In this document: piece after piece, positions 11,723-24,470 of the stretch
Position numbering within the stretch: position 1 is the stretch's first letter
Layout of the letters: each line of letters begins with the position of its first letter
Source: Octopus sinensis
Taxonomy: Eukaryota
Assembly (NCBI RefSeq): GCF_006345805.1
Contig: NC_043014.1
Coordinates: 34,472,001 to 34,536,000, forward strand
Length of the DNA stretch: 64,000 nucleotides
Direction of reading: 5' to 3'
Position numbers and translations under genes: made by a program
Notes under the pieces: model-generated
What the model was told of the DNA's origin: nothing
Seen by the model: the letters and a program-made list of their open reading frames with translations, nothing else
Database searches by the model: none

Positions 11723-13794
11723 AGTCTTTATTTTATTCCCATTATTCATTTTTTGTGTAGGTTTTATCCAAATATTTTAGTTTATTTTTTCTTTATTATT
11801 TGTTTCTTTCTTCCCTCTCACCCAGCTCATCTGCCTCTGTGATGACAATGTCATTTGCTGTCAGCGTCCTATATTTTGTTTAATTAGAGCCTTGTTCAGT
11901 CTTCTCACTTGGGTTTAAATACAAGAAACTATCAACTATAATTTCCATCATATCCACAATGTTCTTTGGGTTTTATTTTGGGTACTTTTTTTTCCTGGCT
12001 TCTTACCATAGAAACACTCTTTTGTGTTCAGTTTCTTTACATCTGTCAGACATATGGCACTAGTTGTTTTAGTTGCAGATTTATTCGGCTCTGTTCTATT
12101 ATTCTAATGATAATATTGCACTGATATCCAGTGATATTGTTCACATGTATTTTCATAGTTTTTTTTTTTCTTCTTAAATTTTCATTTTTGTAATAATGAA
12201 AGAATGACAGCAGAAATATTATGAATATAACATATATATTATTATTATTATTATTATTATATAGTTGGCTATAGAGCATCAAGCTCTATTGCTCATTCAT
12301 AAATTCATTTTCTATTCCATTTCCAACCACCTTTGAGGCCTTTATGTTCATAGTTACCTCCCCATTCAGTGTACAAAATAATCAAATCCCCGCTTCCCAT
12401 TCCACAAGATACCTACATTTTCTATAAAGATAAGGACAACGTTGTGACTAAGGAGGTATTTGCAACCCTATTGTGATAAAATTGGGTGTCATAAAGAAAA
12501 ACAGCTATGATAAGTCCTTCCCATGCAATAGATGTATTTTCACAGGTGAAGTTATCGACATCTATCTCTTTCAACCTAATTAATATTTTGGAAGGGCTAC
12601 TTGCCCTCCTCATCTCTTCAGTTTTCTTTTCAGTGCAATCTTCAGTGAAGTCCTTTTGATTCTTTACTCCATCTTAATATTTTTAAATAATGAAATATCG
12701 TTTGTCATCTTACACTACTTGCACATGTCATTTAGTTGTCTTAGACTATAGATTATGCATTATACATATCAAAGCACCTTTCGGTCTTGATAGATCGACA
12801 TTCCTTCAGTGCATTTCTCTTTGGACATATAAATCTTTGATTCCCCCCTCTCTCTCTTTTTCCTCCTCCTCCTCTCTCAATCCTTTCTATTGTGTGTGGG
12901 AGTAATTAAATGAAAGAATTTAAAGTGTGTTTATTAAAACAAATAGATATCACTTCTAAAATGGTTGGCACCTTTTTAGAAATGTCTATATAATTTTATT
13001 ATTATTATTAGGGGTGGATAGGGTGGGCGAGGGTATGTGATCAAATTAAAGAATGGCTAGTAATGGAATATTTTGCTGCTGCCACTAATATCATTGTGAA
13101 AGATTTCAAAAGAATTAATGGCAATATATATATATATATATATATATGAAATTATACATCAGAACAGCCTCCTATTATTAATATATGCCTTGTTGTTAGC
13201 TATCTTTTCCAGTATAATTTATTTACAGCTGTCTGTTACCATGACCAACATTGGCCAGATCAGACCAAAGCCGATTTGAAGCTACTCTGTTTCAATTGCA
13301 AAAAGTTGCAGGTATTAGGGCAAGTAATTAGTATCAAATCTTTGATTGGCTGTAACTATGATGCGAGTAGCATCACTTTAATCAAACTTGTGACATCAGG
13401 CTGACAGGACTGAAAATGAAGAATTTTGGAATATATATGACCAAACCAGTGAAGTTGATGGATTTTGAGCACAGATGCCGATGACTGTAAGAAGGCACCA
13501 ATATCTGTACTCAAAATCCATCACATCAGTATAGCAGATAGGAAGTAGTCTTCTAGAACATCTTTTGGTGAAAATCTTCAAACGTAGATCCATAGTTCAT
13601 AGGAACAATTTTGCTACTGTTGAGAACAATTGAGTAGCCTAGTGCACTGAGGCACATAGTTCTTCATTATTGCTTGATCTCTCTTGAATCATAAGCTGGA
13701 CAATGGCCTTACAAAGGCACTATGAGCTAAATATACATATTCTCTTATATGTTTCAGTCCAATGACTGTGGCCATGCTGGAGCACCACCATTGT

Positions 13795-13990
13795 AATCAT
13801 CTTTCCACTTTCCACCTTTTTCGGAGCGGCTTCTGGTGAAGGATGGAGTTTGATACTAACTGCCCTCTTTTGAGTTTCTTGCTTAGATATTGGCTCATCT
13901 GGGATCTCGGCGAGCCAGAGGTCAAGTTTACATTTGAAAATGTCTACATTTACTCCATGGAGGCTCCTTAGATGCTTCGGCAGACAGTCT
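13795..13990 (-). mobile_element. LINE ORF2 C-terminal fragment (CR1/L2-type)
   Basis: Minus strand LPKHLRSLHGVNVDIFKCKLDLWLAEIPDEP, typical of the LP..FK..LD..L..PD.P C-terminus. Confidence 0.6.
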
Positions 13991-16904
13991 GTAGCTTGAT
14001 CTTGGACTGATCATTGTTTTAGGTTGGCAAGTAAATTGTGCAATCTGTTGGTAGGCAGTAAAGTGTTCAGTTGAAAAATAGGCAGGCAGGGCAAGCTTTA
14101 AGTATACGAATTTATTCATATCTTCCAGTTAAATGTTATTCATTTAAGACATATTTCTGTGGCCAACATTTTGTTTTCAAGCCAAATTGATTTTCAGGCA
14201 TGTGTTTATTTATTCAGCTGGGCCTGGAAATATGTATATGAGCAACTTGAAAAATATTATCTACAGCTTGGTTGTTCACTAGATAGTGGGGAGAGGGGTT
14301 GGATATTGTCATGCAACTCTTTTTAGCAACTAAAACAAATTTGACTAAAAAAAAAACAGTGGGCTTTAAAGGATTAGAAGAAACTTATTTGATAATTTTT
14401 TTAAAATTTGAAACATATTGTGGGTGGTAAGAGAAAGTTTATAAATGCCTGTTTTTTGGGTTGGGATGACTGTGTGGCAGAATCTTTCTAAACATCTATG
14501 TTGGGATGGCATTGGTGGGTTGTATTGTATATATCAGAATATTTCTAAATACATTTGGGATAATGTGTATGGTATTCCATTTCAGACTTTTTTTTTCTGT
14601 AAATGTCTAAAAAAAATTATTGAAATATTTATATTTTAAACAAGAAAAAAAAAATGACCACTTTGTCTTTATAACAGATTTACTGATACTTATGGGCATA
14701 CATTGTGTGTATGTTAATTTTAATAGATCTGTTTATCTTACTAATATCCTCATACATGCATGCTTGTATGCATCAGAATATTATTATTATTCATAAAGAA
14801 AATACAAACTCTGTAAAGAAAAATTTCATGAAAACCTGACTAATACTTAGCACCATTTAATATTGGTCTGGGTTCTCCAACAGAGGTATTTTCTTCATAC
14901 TCTGCTGTAAAATCTATCACTGATTACCATATCTTTTCAGTTTTACATTGCAATAAACAAGGTTTTCAGAATACATTAATACTTAGAGGACATTTCAAGC
15001 CACTTCACTGTTTATTCCTCTCTACAGAATGTAAATTTCTGAACCTTTTCAAACACTGTATTTATTTTAACAAATGGAATCATAAATGAACTTTACAAGA
15101 CCTGATGTGTTTGTTTGTTACTTGAGTCATATAAATGTTGTCACTGTGAGGGATTTGTGAACTAGGAATGACTGAAATGATGGTTGCCAGTCAAGCCATC
15201 AAAAGGGCCTAGCTTCTTCTCATGTTTCTAAGAAAGGGGACGGCCTGTATTAACAAAGCTAGAGGCAGTGAGTAAAACATTTAAAGATTGGAATTAGAAT
15301 GCTGAGATACTGAAAGTTTCGGGATTAGTTAATGAATACACAAGTTACCTGACATTGAGTAGGAAAGTGCTAAATCTAAGACTAACAAGCACAACACCAT
15401 CATCTATTGCTTACTACAAAGATAAAGAAGAGGTACAAGAGAAAGTTAAAGGCTCACACTCATAGAATATATAATTATTTATTTATTTATGTGCCTTTTT
15501 CAAGCCTAGCTAGGCTAATGGGCCCAGTTTCTGTGACGTATGTGTTCCCCCCAGCTGGATGGGACGCCAGTCCATCGCAGCGTTACTCAAGAAACAGGAA
15601 GAGAGAGTGAGAGAAAGTTGGCGCGAAAGAGTACAACAGGGGTCGCCCCTGCCAGAGCCTCGTGGAGCTTTAGGTGTTTTCGCTCAATAAACACACACAG
15701 CGCTTGGTCTGGGAATCGAAACCGTGATCCTTCGACCGTGAGTCCGCTGCCCTAACCACTGGGCCATTGTGCTTCCATGTTAATATATAATAGAAGTAAA
15801 AATTTATGCCAGGGTGTGGAACCATTTCTGCTATATTTCTGATGCATGTAAAAAGCATCCCTGCCAGTGCCACATGAAAGGCACCTGTGCTGGTACATTT
15901 GAAAAGCACCCATGCTGGTGCCATTAAAACATCCAGTTTTAAAAAAAAAAAAAAGAAGCATCTGTAAAGTGGTTGGTGTTAGGGAGGATTTCCAGCTATA
16001 GAAACCATGTCAAAACAAAATTGGAGCCTGGTGCAACTCTCCAGCTGGCCAGTCCATGTCCAACCCATGCCAGCATGGAAAATAGACATTAAATTATGAT
16101 AATGAAAAACACCTGCAAGAAAAAATATTTGACTTAATAATTCTGAATTGTTCAGCAAGATGAAATCTTTGAGATCTTATACTGTGGGATGGTAAATTAG
16201 ATGTGAATATATATATGGCTTATGAAAGCCGTTCAGGCCATACAACAGTTATTAAAGTTGGCTGATAGATAGCAATAATTGCAGGATGTAATTTGATGTT
16301 AGAGATAGGTGTTGTTTCTCTTCAGTATTTGAAGGAATTGTAAAATTATGCAAGAACATGCATGTAATGCATGATACAAGGTAGTAAAAAGAAACTCAAA
16401 CAGATGCAGATCAAGAATTCTCAGGACGAAATAGTTTGATCGGACCTTAGGTATCAATTGCTTTTTTAACCACCTTCTATGTTGTGCACATATGCCTTAA
16501 ATCTTTTCTCTCTTTGAAGCTGTTTTGTTGTAAGCTCTAATTAAGCAGATCTGTGAACAAAAGTACAATACCTAGGTATAGTGTATCTTGGACTACATTA
16601 TTCAATGTGACTTTTTTTTCAGATGGTAGGATGTGATTTGAAGTGGACTTCATTACAATTTCTAGCCAGGTTGTGGCTTGAACCTACAAGCTTATCTTTT
16701 TTTTTTTTTTTTTTTTTTTTACTCACACCCAACTGGTTGAGACAAGGGATACATTTGCACCAACCATTTGGGACAGAAGCTGAAACATTTGAACAGCCTA
16801 TATCAAATAATCCACTATATTTGGGTAACATCAAAGTTGTTCCTCAACATCATATCCTGGCATGAAATCATTTAATAAAATTTCAAAGGAAATGACTACT
16901 ATTC

Positions 16905-17290
16905 CCGTCAAACTTTGCTTTTGTGACCTGGGCATCAATATTTTCAAACTGACCAGAAAGATTCAGTACTGAGTTACTGAAGCAGAAATATCATTATAGC
17001 AAATATTGTAATCAATACCACAGATTTGCTTGTCAGTTGTTTGACCTTAACCACTTGAGCATGTCCCTTAGTGGCTGACAATATGTGCATCTCTATACAT
17101 GAGCAAGTAGCCATGTGCTGAAAAGGATTCTTTGGGGTTTGAATAAATGTAACAAAAGCAAAAGTTGGAAGGAAATATTAACCATTTTCTATACTTTCTA
17201 AGGGTAAGGAAATAGGAAATAACAGTTGCTACCCAAGAACAAAAATCATGTTGCACAGTGTTATATAGTAAATAACATAAAATAAAAAAA
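16905..17290 (+). repeat. Unclassified ~400-bp dispersed repeat; second copy at about 56965-57380
   Basis: Collinear shared blocks such as GCAGAAATATC.TTATAG.AAATATT, TTAGTGGCTGACAATATGTGCA and GGAAATAACAGTTGCTACCCAAG. Confidence 0.7.
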
Positions 17291-19189
17291 TATGTACCTT
17301 CAGTGGCTGAAGCTCTGTCTAAAAAGTATGTGTTGATTCCGTGCCAACCATTTGTGGCCGTTGCCAGCCTACCCTGGCACCTGTGCTGGTAGCACCTAAA
17401 AAGCACCATCCGTATGTGGCCGATGCCAGTGCCACCTTGACTAGCTTCCGTGCCAGTGGCACGTAAAAAGCAGCAACCGTTTGTGGCCGTTGCCAGCCTA
17501 CTCTGGCACCTGTGCCAGTCACACCTAAAAAGCACCATCCGTACGTGGCCGATGCCAGCGCCACTTGACTGGCTTCCATGTAGGTGGCATGTAAAAACCA
17601 CCAACCAATCGTGACCGTTGCCAGCCTGCCCTCGCACCTGTGCCGGTGGCACATAAAAAGCACCCACTACACTCACAGAGTGGTTGGCATTAGGAAGGGC
17701 ATCCAGCTGTAGAAACACTGCCAGATCAGACTGGAGCCTGGTGCAGCCTCATGGCTTCCCAGACCCCGGTCGAACCTTCCAACCCATGCTAGCATGGAAA
17801 ACGGACGTTAAATGATGATGATGATGATATGAAGAATGTGTTCCTAGAACTGTGTAAGATATTAAACAGAGTAATTATTTGTTACAATTCAAACAAGGAT
17901 TATAAAAATGATTCAGTGTGTGGACAGGTACAAACTTAGAAATTCTATGTTTTGCTTTGTGTCAATGATGGAAAAGAGGGGCTGTATGAAAAGCAAATGC
18001 AAGAAACACATTTGAAGGGGACACTAAATCATAGCAAAAGGACAACAAGCTGTAATAATAGATAGATTTTTTTTTCTAAGCTTGGGAACAGCAGTTGACT
18101 TCTTTACAACATTCACAGATACAAAGTTACACCCACACATTGCCACCACAATTAATAAACTCAGGGTAGGTATGACTGTGTTTAAGAAGATCAGTTCCCT
18201 AGCATGGAGTTTTGAGTTCAGTCTTACTGCATGGTACCTTGGACAAGTATCTTCTATAGCTAATCGAGCATTGTGGGTGGATTTGGTTGGTGGAAACTGA
18301 AAAAAATACCCATTGTGTGTCTGAATGTTTTCATCTGAGCTCACTTATACGAAAGTCATAACATTCGAGTAGTGTTGTTGGGTCACGAAATTGTGGTATC
18401 TATTATTCCATGAGGAATAAAAGATACCTTATTTGAGGGTTAGAATACAGAATGGATGACAAAGGAAATGGTTCCAAGGAGAGAGATTGGTTAGTAGCAT
18501 AGAAGTAAGATGAAATATGCATGCTTCAGCTATCATATGATTACAACAGCAGAGTGGAGGCGCAATGGCCCAGTGGTTAGGGCAGTGGACTCATGGTTGT
18601 AAGAGCGCGGTTTCGATTCCCAGACCGGGCATTGTGAGTGTTTATTGAGCAAAAATACCTTAGCTTCACAAGGCTCGGGGGAGGGGAGGGGGGAATCCTG
18701 CTGTACTCTTTCACCACAACTTTCTCTCACTCTTTCTTCCTACTTCTGCCACAAAGCAGAGGAACCATGGTGTAACCCACTATGGTGTGGTAAACTTTCA
18801 AACCCTAGTCTACATTGCGAATCCTCTGTACCCCAGGATGGTTCAGCTTTCCGCCTGTTAAAAACCACCATTTGAAGATAACAACGTAGCTTTTGTGCCC
18901 ATGCAACTGCCAGTCTTTTGTGTGTAGTGGGTGGATCTTCAAGTTGCTGCACGCATTCTTAGTAGCTTAGAGTAGGCTCGAATTAGAGATTATTCTTTGT
19001 GGCTAATGGTGTGAGTCCTGATTGGAAGAAGAAGACAACAGCAGAATAAATAATATTGTAGTTAGTGATGGGGAGCTAAGTATTTTGAAGATGAATTATG
19101 GAGAAGGTTCATCAGGGACAGGTTGGGTGAGAGGTCATAGATGTAAACATACTTTTAGGACCTCATTTTTACTGAGAAGGACAAATTTT

Positions 19190-19615
19190 CTTCAACATAA
19201 TGAATTGCCAGTCACTTTAATCCTTAATCATCTCCTCCATGAGGTTCAAAATTCTGAAGTTGGTTTTCACTACTTTGTCCCACATCTACCTGGATTTCCC
19301 TTTTCCACAGGTTTCACAGTATCCTTCATATTTTTCAAGACAACACGGTGTGATCTGAGAGACACAGCTACTATTTCTAGCTGGTCTAGTGACCATGTAG
19401 ACTCCCTTTATAGCTGGTTGAAGAATCCATTTTTAGTTCAGTGAATGACATTTCATTATTTTTTTTTATGTGGTTGTAGTTTAAAATATATGATCAGCAC
19501 TTCTTTATCCACATGTCCTCATCCATAGACATCACATGACTACACCTGCATGGTCTTCTCTCTTGTACACTACATCTGATGCCTCTTATGCCCAATTTAT
19601 CTCTTAACACATCTG
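19190..19615 (-). mobile_element. RTE-clade LINE 3' fragment
   Basis: Homologous to 25740-26150; remnant GKPR.MWDKVVKTNF motif. Confidence 0.6.
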
Positions 19616-21502
19616 CTACAGCCTCGGGCTGACCAAAGCCTTGTGAGTGGATTTGGTAGATGGAAACTGAAAGAAGCCCATCGTATATATGTATGTATAT
19701 ATATATGTGTGTGTGTGTTTGTTCCCCCCAACATTGCTTGACAACCGATGCTGGTGTGTTTATGTCCCCCGTAACTTAGCGGTTCGGCAAAAGAGACCAA
19801 TAGAATAAGTACTAGGCTTACAAAGAATAAGTCCTGGGGGTCGATTTGCTCGACTAAAGGCGGTGCTCCAGCATGGCCACAGTCAAATGACTGAAACAAG
19901 TAAAAAAGTATATTCATTTGAGAACAGTATAAAATTTATTTTTGCATGGAAAATGTTGACAGTGATTTAGAAGTTTCTTCAGTATTTGGTTTGATCAGAT
20001 GTAATTCTGTATTTTTGCTTTGGTAAGGAAAATATTAGCTTCATAAAACTGATACGCTTTGTAGTTGTAGATATGAGTTACATGCTTGGGTCCAAATTTG
20101 AATATTTTATAAACCATGACATGTCGGTTCGAAGAACAAGAACAAGAAGATATAACAACACCCCGCCCACCAAAAAAAAAAAACAGAAGAAATTCTAGGC
20201 TGGTTATAGTTCTAGGAGGGGAGTGAAGAATAGACATATACACACATACACATGTGCACACATACACACACATGTGCATGCATACACACACACAAAGAAC
20301 AAAGGACAAATTCAATGGCATTAGTTGTGAAAAACGGATTTTATTGAGCTAAATTTGACACAGTATACATCTAAACAAAGGTTTGTAAGAACCAAAGAAA
20401 TGTATTTTAGGGTCAAATTAGAATATATGCTAATATTAACACAGGCAATGTACTATTGTAAGTTTTCTATTAATTGTTTAGAAGCCACCAACACTTGTCT
20501 CACACACACATGCACTCAGAACCAAGCTAATAGTTTAGGAGTGAAATTTAGGATTTCTGGTTTTTCTGTTAATTAATTTTGATAAAACTTTTCCCAGCTG
20601 GTTTGCACACTATGGCAACACCATTGTTATGTTTTTATTATTCTGTGTATTGTCGTTTCTTTTTTATTTCAGATTCTTCAGTTTTTGGGTGAATCATGCT
20701 AATAGTTTTGAATGAAAATAGTCCATCTAGACATTTTTTTTTTTCAGAAAAATGAAGGGTAATGATACATAATAAACAAATATTGAGTATATATTTAACA
20801 GAAAACCATAATAATATTAAATCTCTGAACGAGATATAAACAGTAACCGCTCGACAACGTAAGGGGTATCAGCCATCTGAATGTGGCTAGGCACTGGGGG
20901 TGGTGATGGGGTGTTACTGATGCTTTTAGCCCCAGGCGATCAACGTCACCAGAAGGACTTTAGACACTATCTCAGTGTCCTTGTTTGTTTGTAAAGGGAG
21001 GTCATCCTCCATCGAAGATCCGGGTACTACATACGGACTATAGTTTCAAGGTCATTGCCTCTTGTCAACGCATGGTATGCACCAGTCTTCGATGAAGGAT
21101 TCCCTTTACAAACAATATATAATGTTTTTCACAGTAACCACTGTCACTGATGTAGATATAAACAGTAACCGCTCGACAACGTAAGGGGTATCAGCCATAA
21201 TAATGGTGTTGCCATAGTGTGCAAACCAGCTAGGAAAAGTTTTATCAAAATTGATTCACAGAAAACCAAGAAATCCTAAACTTTGAGAGGCTGATGTTTT
21301 TGAAGGGCAACCAGCATCAGATTAGGGCAATGGAGAAACCCAGCTGAGCAGTACACCTTGATCACCATCTGATCTTGGTATGATACCTATGCTATACTAA
21401 ACCTTTTTGATTTGTTTAATAGTTTTGTACAGTATATAAAGTGTATGTTGACTGAAAAACTAATGTTTAATTTCATTTGTTCATTTAATTATTTGCACAA
21501 GT

Positions 21503-21900
21503 GTAGGAGTGGCTGTGTGGTAAGTAGCTTGCTTACCAACCACATGGTTCCGGGTTCAGTCCCATTGTGTGGCACCTTGGGCAAGTGTCTTCTACTATAG
21601 CCTCGAGCCGACCAAAGCCTTGTGAGTGGATTTGGTAGATGGAAACTGAAAGAAGCCTGTCATATATATGTATATATATATATATATGTATGTATGTATA
21701 TGTTTGTGTGTCTGTGTTTGTCACCCCAACATCACTTGACAACCAATGCTGGTGTGTTTATGTTCCCGTAACTTAGTGGTTCGGCAAAAGAGTCTGGTAG
21801 AATAAGTACTAGGCTTACAAAGAATAAGTCCTGGGGTTGATTTGCTCGACTAAAGGCGGTGCTCCAGCATGGCCACAGTTCAAGTAAAAGAATAAAAGAG
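21503..21900 (+). mobile_element. Full-length family-B SINE
   Basis: Complete head, core, microsatellite and tail. Other copies at about 4269-4660 (+), 19620-19910 (+), 30480-30890 (+), 31305-31595 (-), 32325-32550 (-), 37485-37865 (-), 51650-51805 (-), 59078-59240 (-), 60205-60545 (-). Confidence 0.85.
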
Positions 21901-22529
21901 TATACACCTTGATCATCATTTGATCTTGGCATTCTATACCTTTTTGGGAAGTTCTATGTCTAAGCAACAACATGAAAATTTCAGCTCTCTAGGTCTGTTT
22001 TTAAGGGTTTTAGAGCCAAAAATCAAACCAAAGCTAAATTCATATGATAAAAGTTAGAGGTTATCAGTTAGTGTTAGCATCTGCTAATTTCTTTACCTGT
22101 TTAGTGGATTAGTGTTAGCGGATTAGTGGTTAGAGCAGCTAACTTTTTGGTTAGCTGTGCCCATCATATAATATGATAAAGTTAGTGCTAGCTTCTGCTA
22201 ATTTTTTTACTTGTTTAGTGGATGTATTAGCAAAGCTAACTTTTTTAGTTAGCAGATTAGTGTTAACTATTCAATTACATATCAATTACAATTAAAAAGC
22301 AACGAAAAATTTTAGCGAACAAAATAATTAAGTAACTATCGAAATATTTCTATATATCTCAATATTAATCCAAATTCGTTTATGTTGAAGAGAATCTTTC
22401 ACTATTATAACATACAACAATAATATATATGTGTATATAATTAAGTATCTGGGTCTTGCTTTATCTAGAACTTAATTAATTACTTTGTCTGTTAAAATTT
22501 TTTGTTGTTTTTTTAATTGTAATTGATAT

Positions 22530-22841
22530 GTAATTGAATAGTTAACACTCACGCTCATAATACATAGGCATTTGAATTAATTTTTTACAATCCAACCGTC
22601 CTTTCACACAGAATTTCATCTATCTTTAAACTCTGGCTTTGATGAGGCTTATATATAAGGGAATTGTTTATATATCAAAAAAATGTATATAAGTCAAAAC
22701 AAATTGTTGGCATTTTGATGTTTTAATAATTGTTTATGTTATCTTATCTAATATTATATTCATAGTATATTATGTTATATTATAATATAAATAAACCATT
22801 GGATTGTCAATTGTACCTCTCTATTTAATTTTATCTTATAT

Positions 22842-22873
<32 letters not shown>

Positions 22874-23185
22874 ATATAGGATAAAATTTTTCGAAAAACA
22901 TTTTATCAATGGCCAGCATATTAAAAAATACTTTTAAAGGTTAAATTTATAAACAACTTATAAAACAAGGGCAAAAGAAAAAAATTCTAATGCCAAATAT
23001 GCCGAAAATAGACAAATTAACTCTGAAATTAGGACCAATACGGTAATAATGGAATTTTTTAGAAATTTCTGTCGGCTTGTTTTGAGATGCATGTTAATAG
23101 TGATAATTATATCGTTATTGACAATTTGTCTATTTTCGGCATATTTGGCATTAGAATTTTTTTCTTTTGCCCTTGTTTTATAAGT

Positions 23186-23227
<42 letters not shown>

Positions 23228-23690
23228 AGATATATATATATATATATAGATAGATAGATAGATAGATAGATATAATGTAATAAATTAAGGAAAGGAATTC
23301 CTTCAAAGAGGTGTGTAAAACAACCAATTCACTAATACATCACTTGAATACCATATAAAAATGGGTATAATGCAAATTACAAACTATAAATTAGATAGAT
23401 TCAATTGGCAATCCAATAATTCATTTATATGATAATATAATATAATATACTATGAATATAATGTATATATAATATCACATAAAAAATCAAAATAGCCAAC
23501 AATTTGTTTCGTCTTGTATACATTATTTGATTTATAAATAATACACATCTACTTATATAAGTCTCTTCAGAGTTTTGGTTTATGAACAGATGAAATCCTA
23601 TGTGGAAGGATGGCTGGATTGTAAAAAAATGAATTCAAATGCTTATGTATTATTAGTGTGAGTGTTAACTTTTCAACTACATAACAATTG
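22530..23690. repeat. Diverged ~300-bp inverted duplication (about 22530-22830 and 23390-23690), each arm with a hammerhead remnant
   Basis: Arms align as reverse complements; remnants GCT-TTGATGA-GGCTTATAT...ATATAAGTC-AAAAC-AAATT-GTT-GGC (22636-22711, +) and CTGAAGA-GACTTATAT...GAAAC-AAATT-GTT-GGC (23495-23573, -). Confidence 0.6.
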
Positions 23691-23767
23691 CAATTGTTAT
23701 GTAGTGGACATTAAATAAATTATTGGATTGTCAATTGAATCTCTTAATTTAATTTATTGTTTATATA

Positions 23768-23801
<34 letters not shown>

Positions 23802-23807
23802 AGCGAT

Positions 23808-24350
23808 AATGGTGTCATTGAGACCCAAAGGTGTCAGGTAATGCTGAATAAGTGCTATAGACAGACCATAGTTAAGTTCCAGATTTGGTAATATTGCGAA
23901 TAAAGGGTTCAACATTGGTTCTATGTCAGCGTGTGTATATAAGAATTTTTTGCATAATAAGATAAAAAAACCAAGGCTGTATAGATATTAGAGCATTTAT
24001 AGATAGGTCTTACAGCTGTTTCTAGGATATTAATTAATAATATCCCTTCATTGGAGACAGTGTGAAAGGAAAATTAAGTCATAGTTAGTTTAGATGTGAT
24101 ACAAAATAGAGAGTGAGGTGGAGGAAAGAAAATAGATGTAAGATATGTGTGGGTATTGAAGTTGTAAATCCGTTTTATAGGCATAATGGTATATATGCAA
24201 TATTCCAATATCCTTTGAGTAAAATCCAAAAGTCCAACCGAGTTTAATATGAGTCCTTCCAAATACAGAGCTGTAAGACCTTCTATCTATAAATGGTCTA
24301 ATATCTATACAGCCTTGGTTTTTTTTATCTTATTACGCAAAAAATTCTTA
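23808..24350. mobile_element. Rearranged, partly inverted copy of the same Penelope-type element; degenerate hammerhead at 24008-24057 (-)
   Basis: Inverted arms 23941-24020 and 24267-24350. Minus strand TCT-CCAATGA-A-GGGATAT...ATATCCT-A-GAAAC-AGCT-GTA-AGA. A further 3' fragment lies at about 25495-25560. Confidence 0.6.
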
Positions 24351-24386
24351 TATATATATAATGTATTAATGGAAAACCTCTATTAA

Positions 24387-24470
24387 TGGCTGATGATTCC
24401 TCAGCATTTTAAAACTGTTGTAATACTTACAACATTTAATAAAATGATGTAGCATGAAACGATCGTACCA
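24387..24470 (+). ncRNA. Minimal type-I hammerhead motif, second family, long decayed stem II
   Basis: TGG-CTGATGA(24390-24396)-long stem containing hairpin TGTTGTAA/TTACAACA-GAAAC(24456-24460)-GATC-GTA-CCA; palindromic stem III ACGATCGT; TGG/CCA stem I. Confidence 0.65.

Noticed and set aside
12300-12660. Possible LINE endonuclease remnant on the minus strand (also 59830-60080)
   Set aside because: Too degenerate to assign without a profile search.
16623-16865. 80-aa ORF preceded by an acceptor-like TTTTTTCAG
   Set aside because: Interrupted by a long poly-T run, no recognisable domain, and no phase-compatible partner exon.
17365-17670. HDV-like ribozyme resemblance of GGCCGTTGCCAGCCT...CTGGCACC
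   Set aside because: Only a P3-like hairpin matches; no P1 partner for the GGCCG start or nested double pseudoknot could be assembled by eye.
18556-18640. tRNA-like sequences at SINE heads (also 15700-15775, 43330-43404, 58125-58202)
   Set aside because: A and B boxes are present, but they run into SINE bodies and I could not fold a complete cloverleaf with an acceptor stem.
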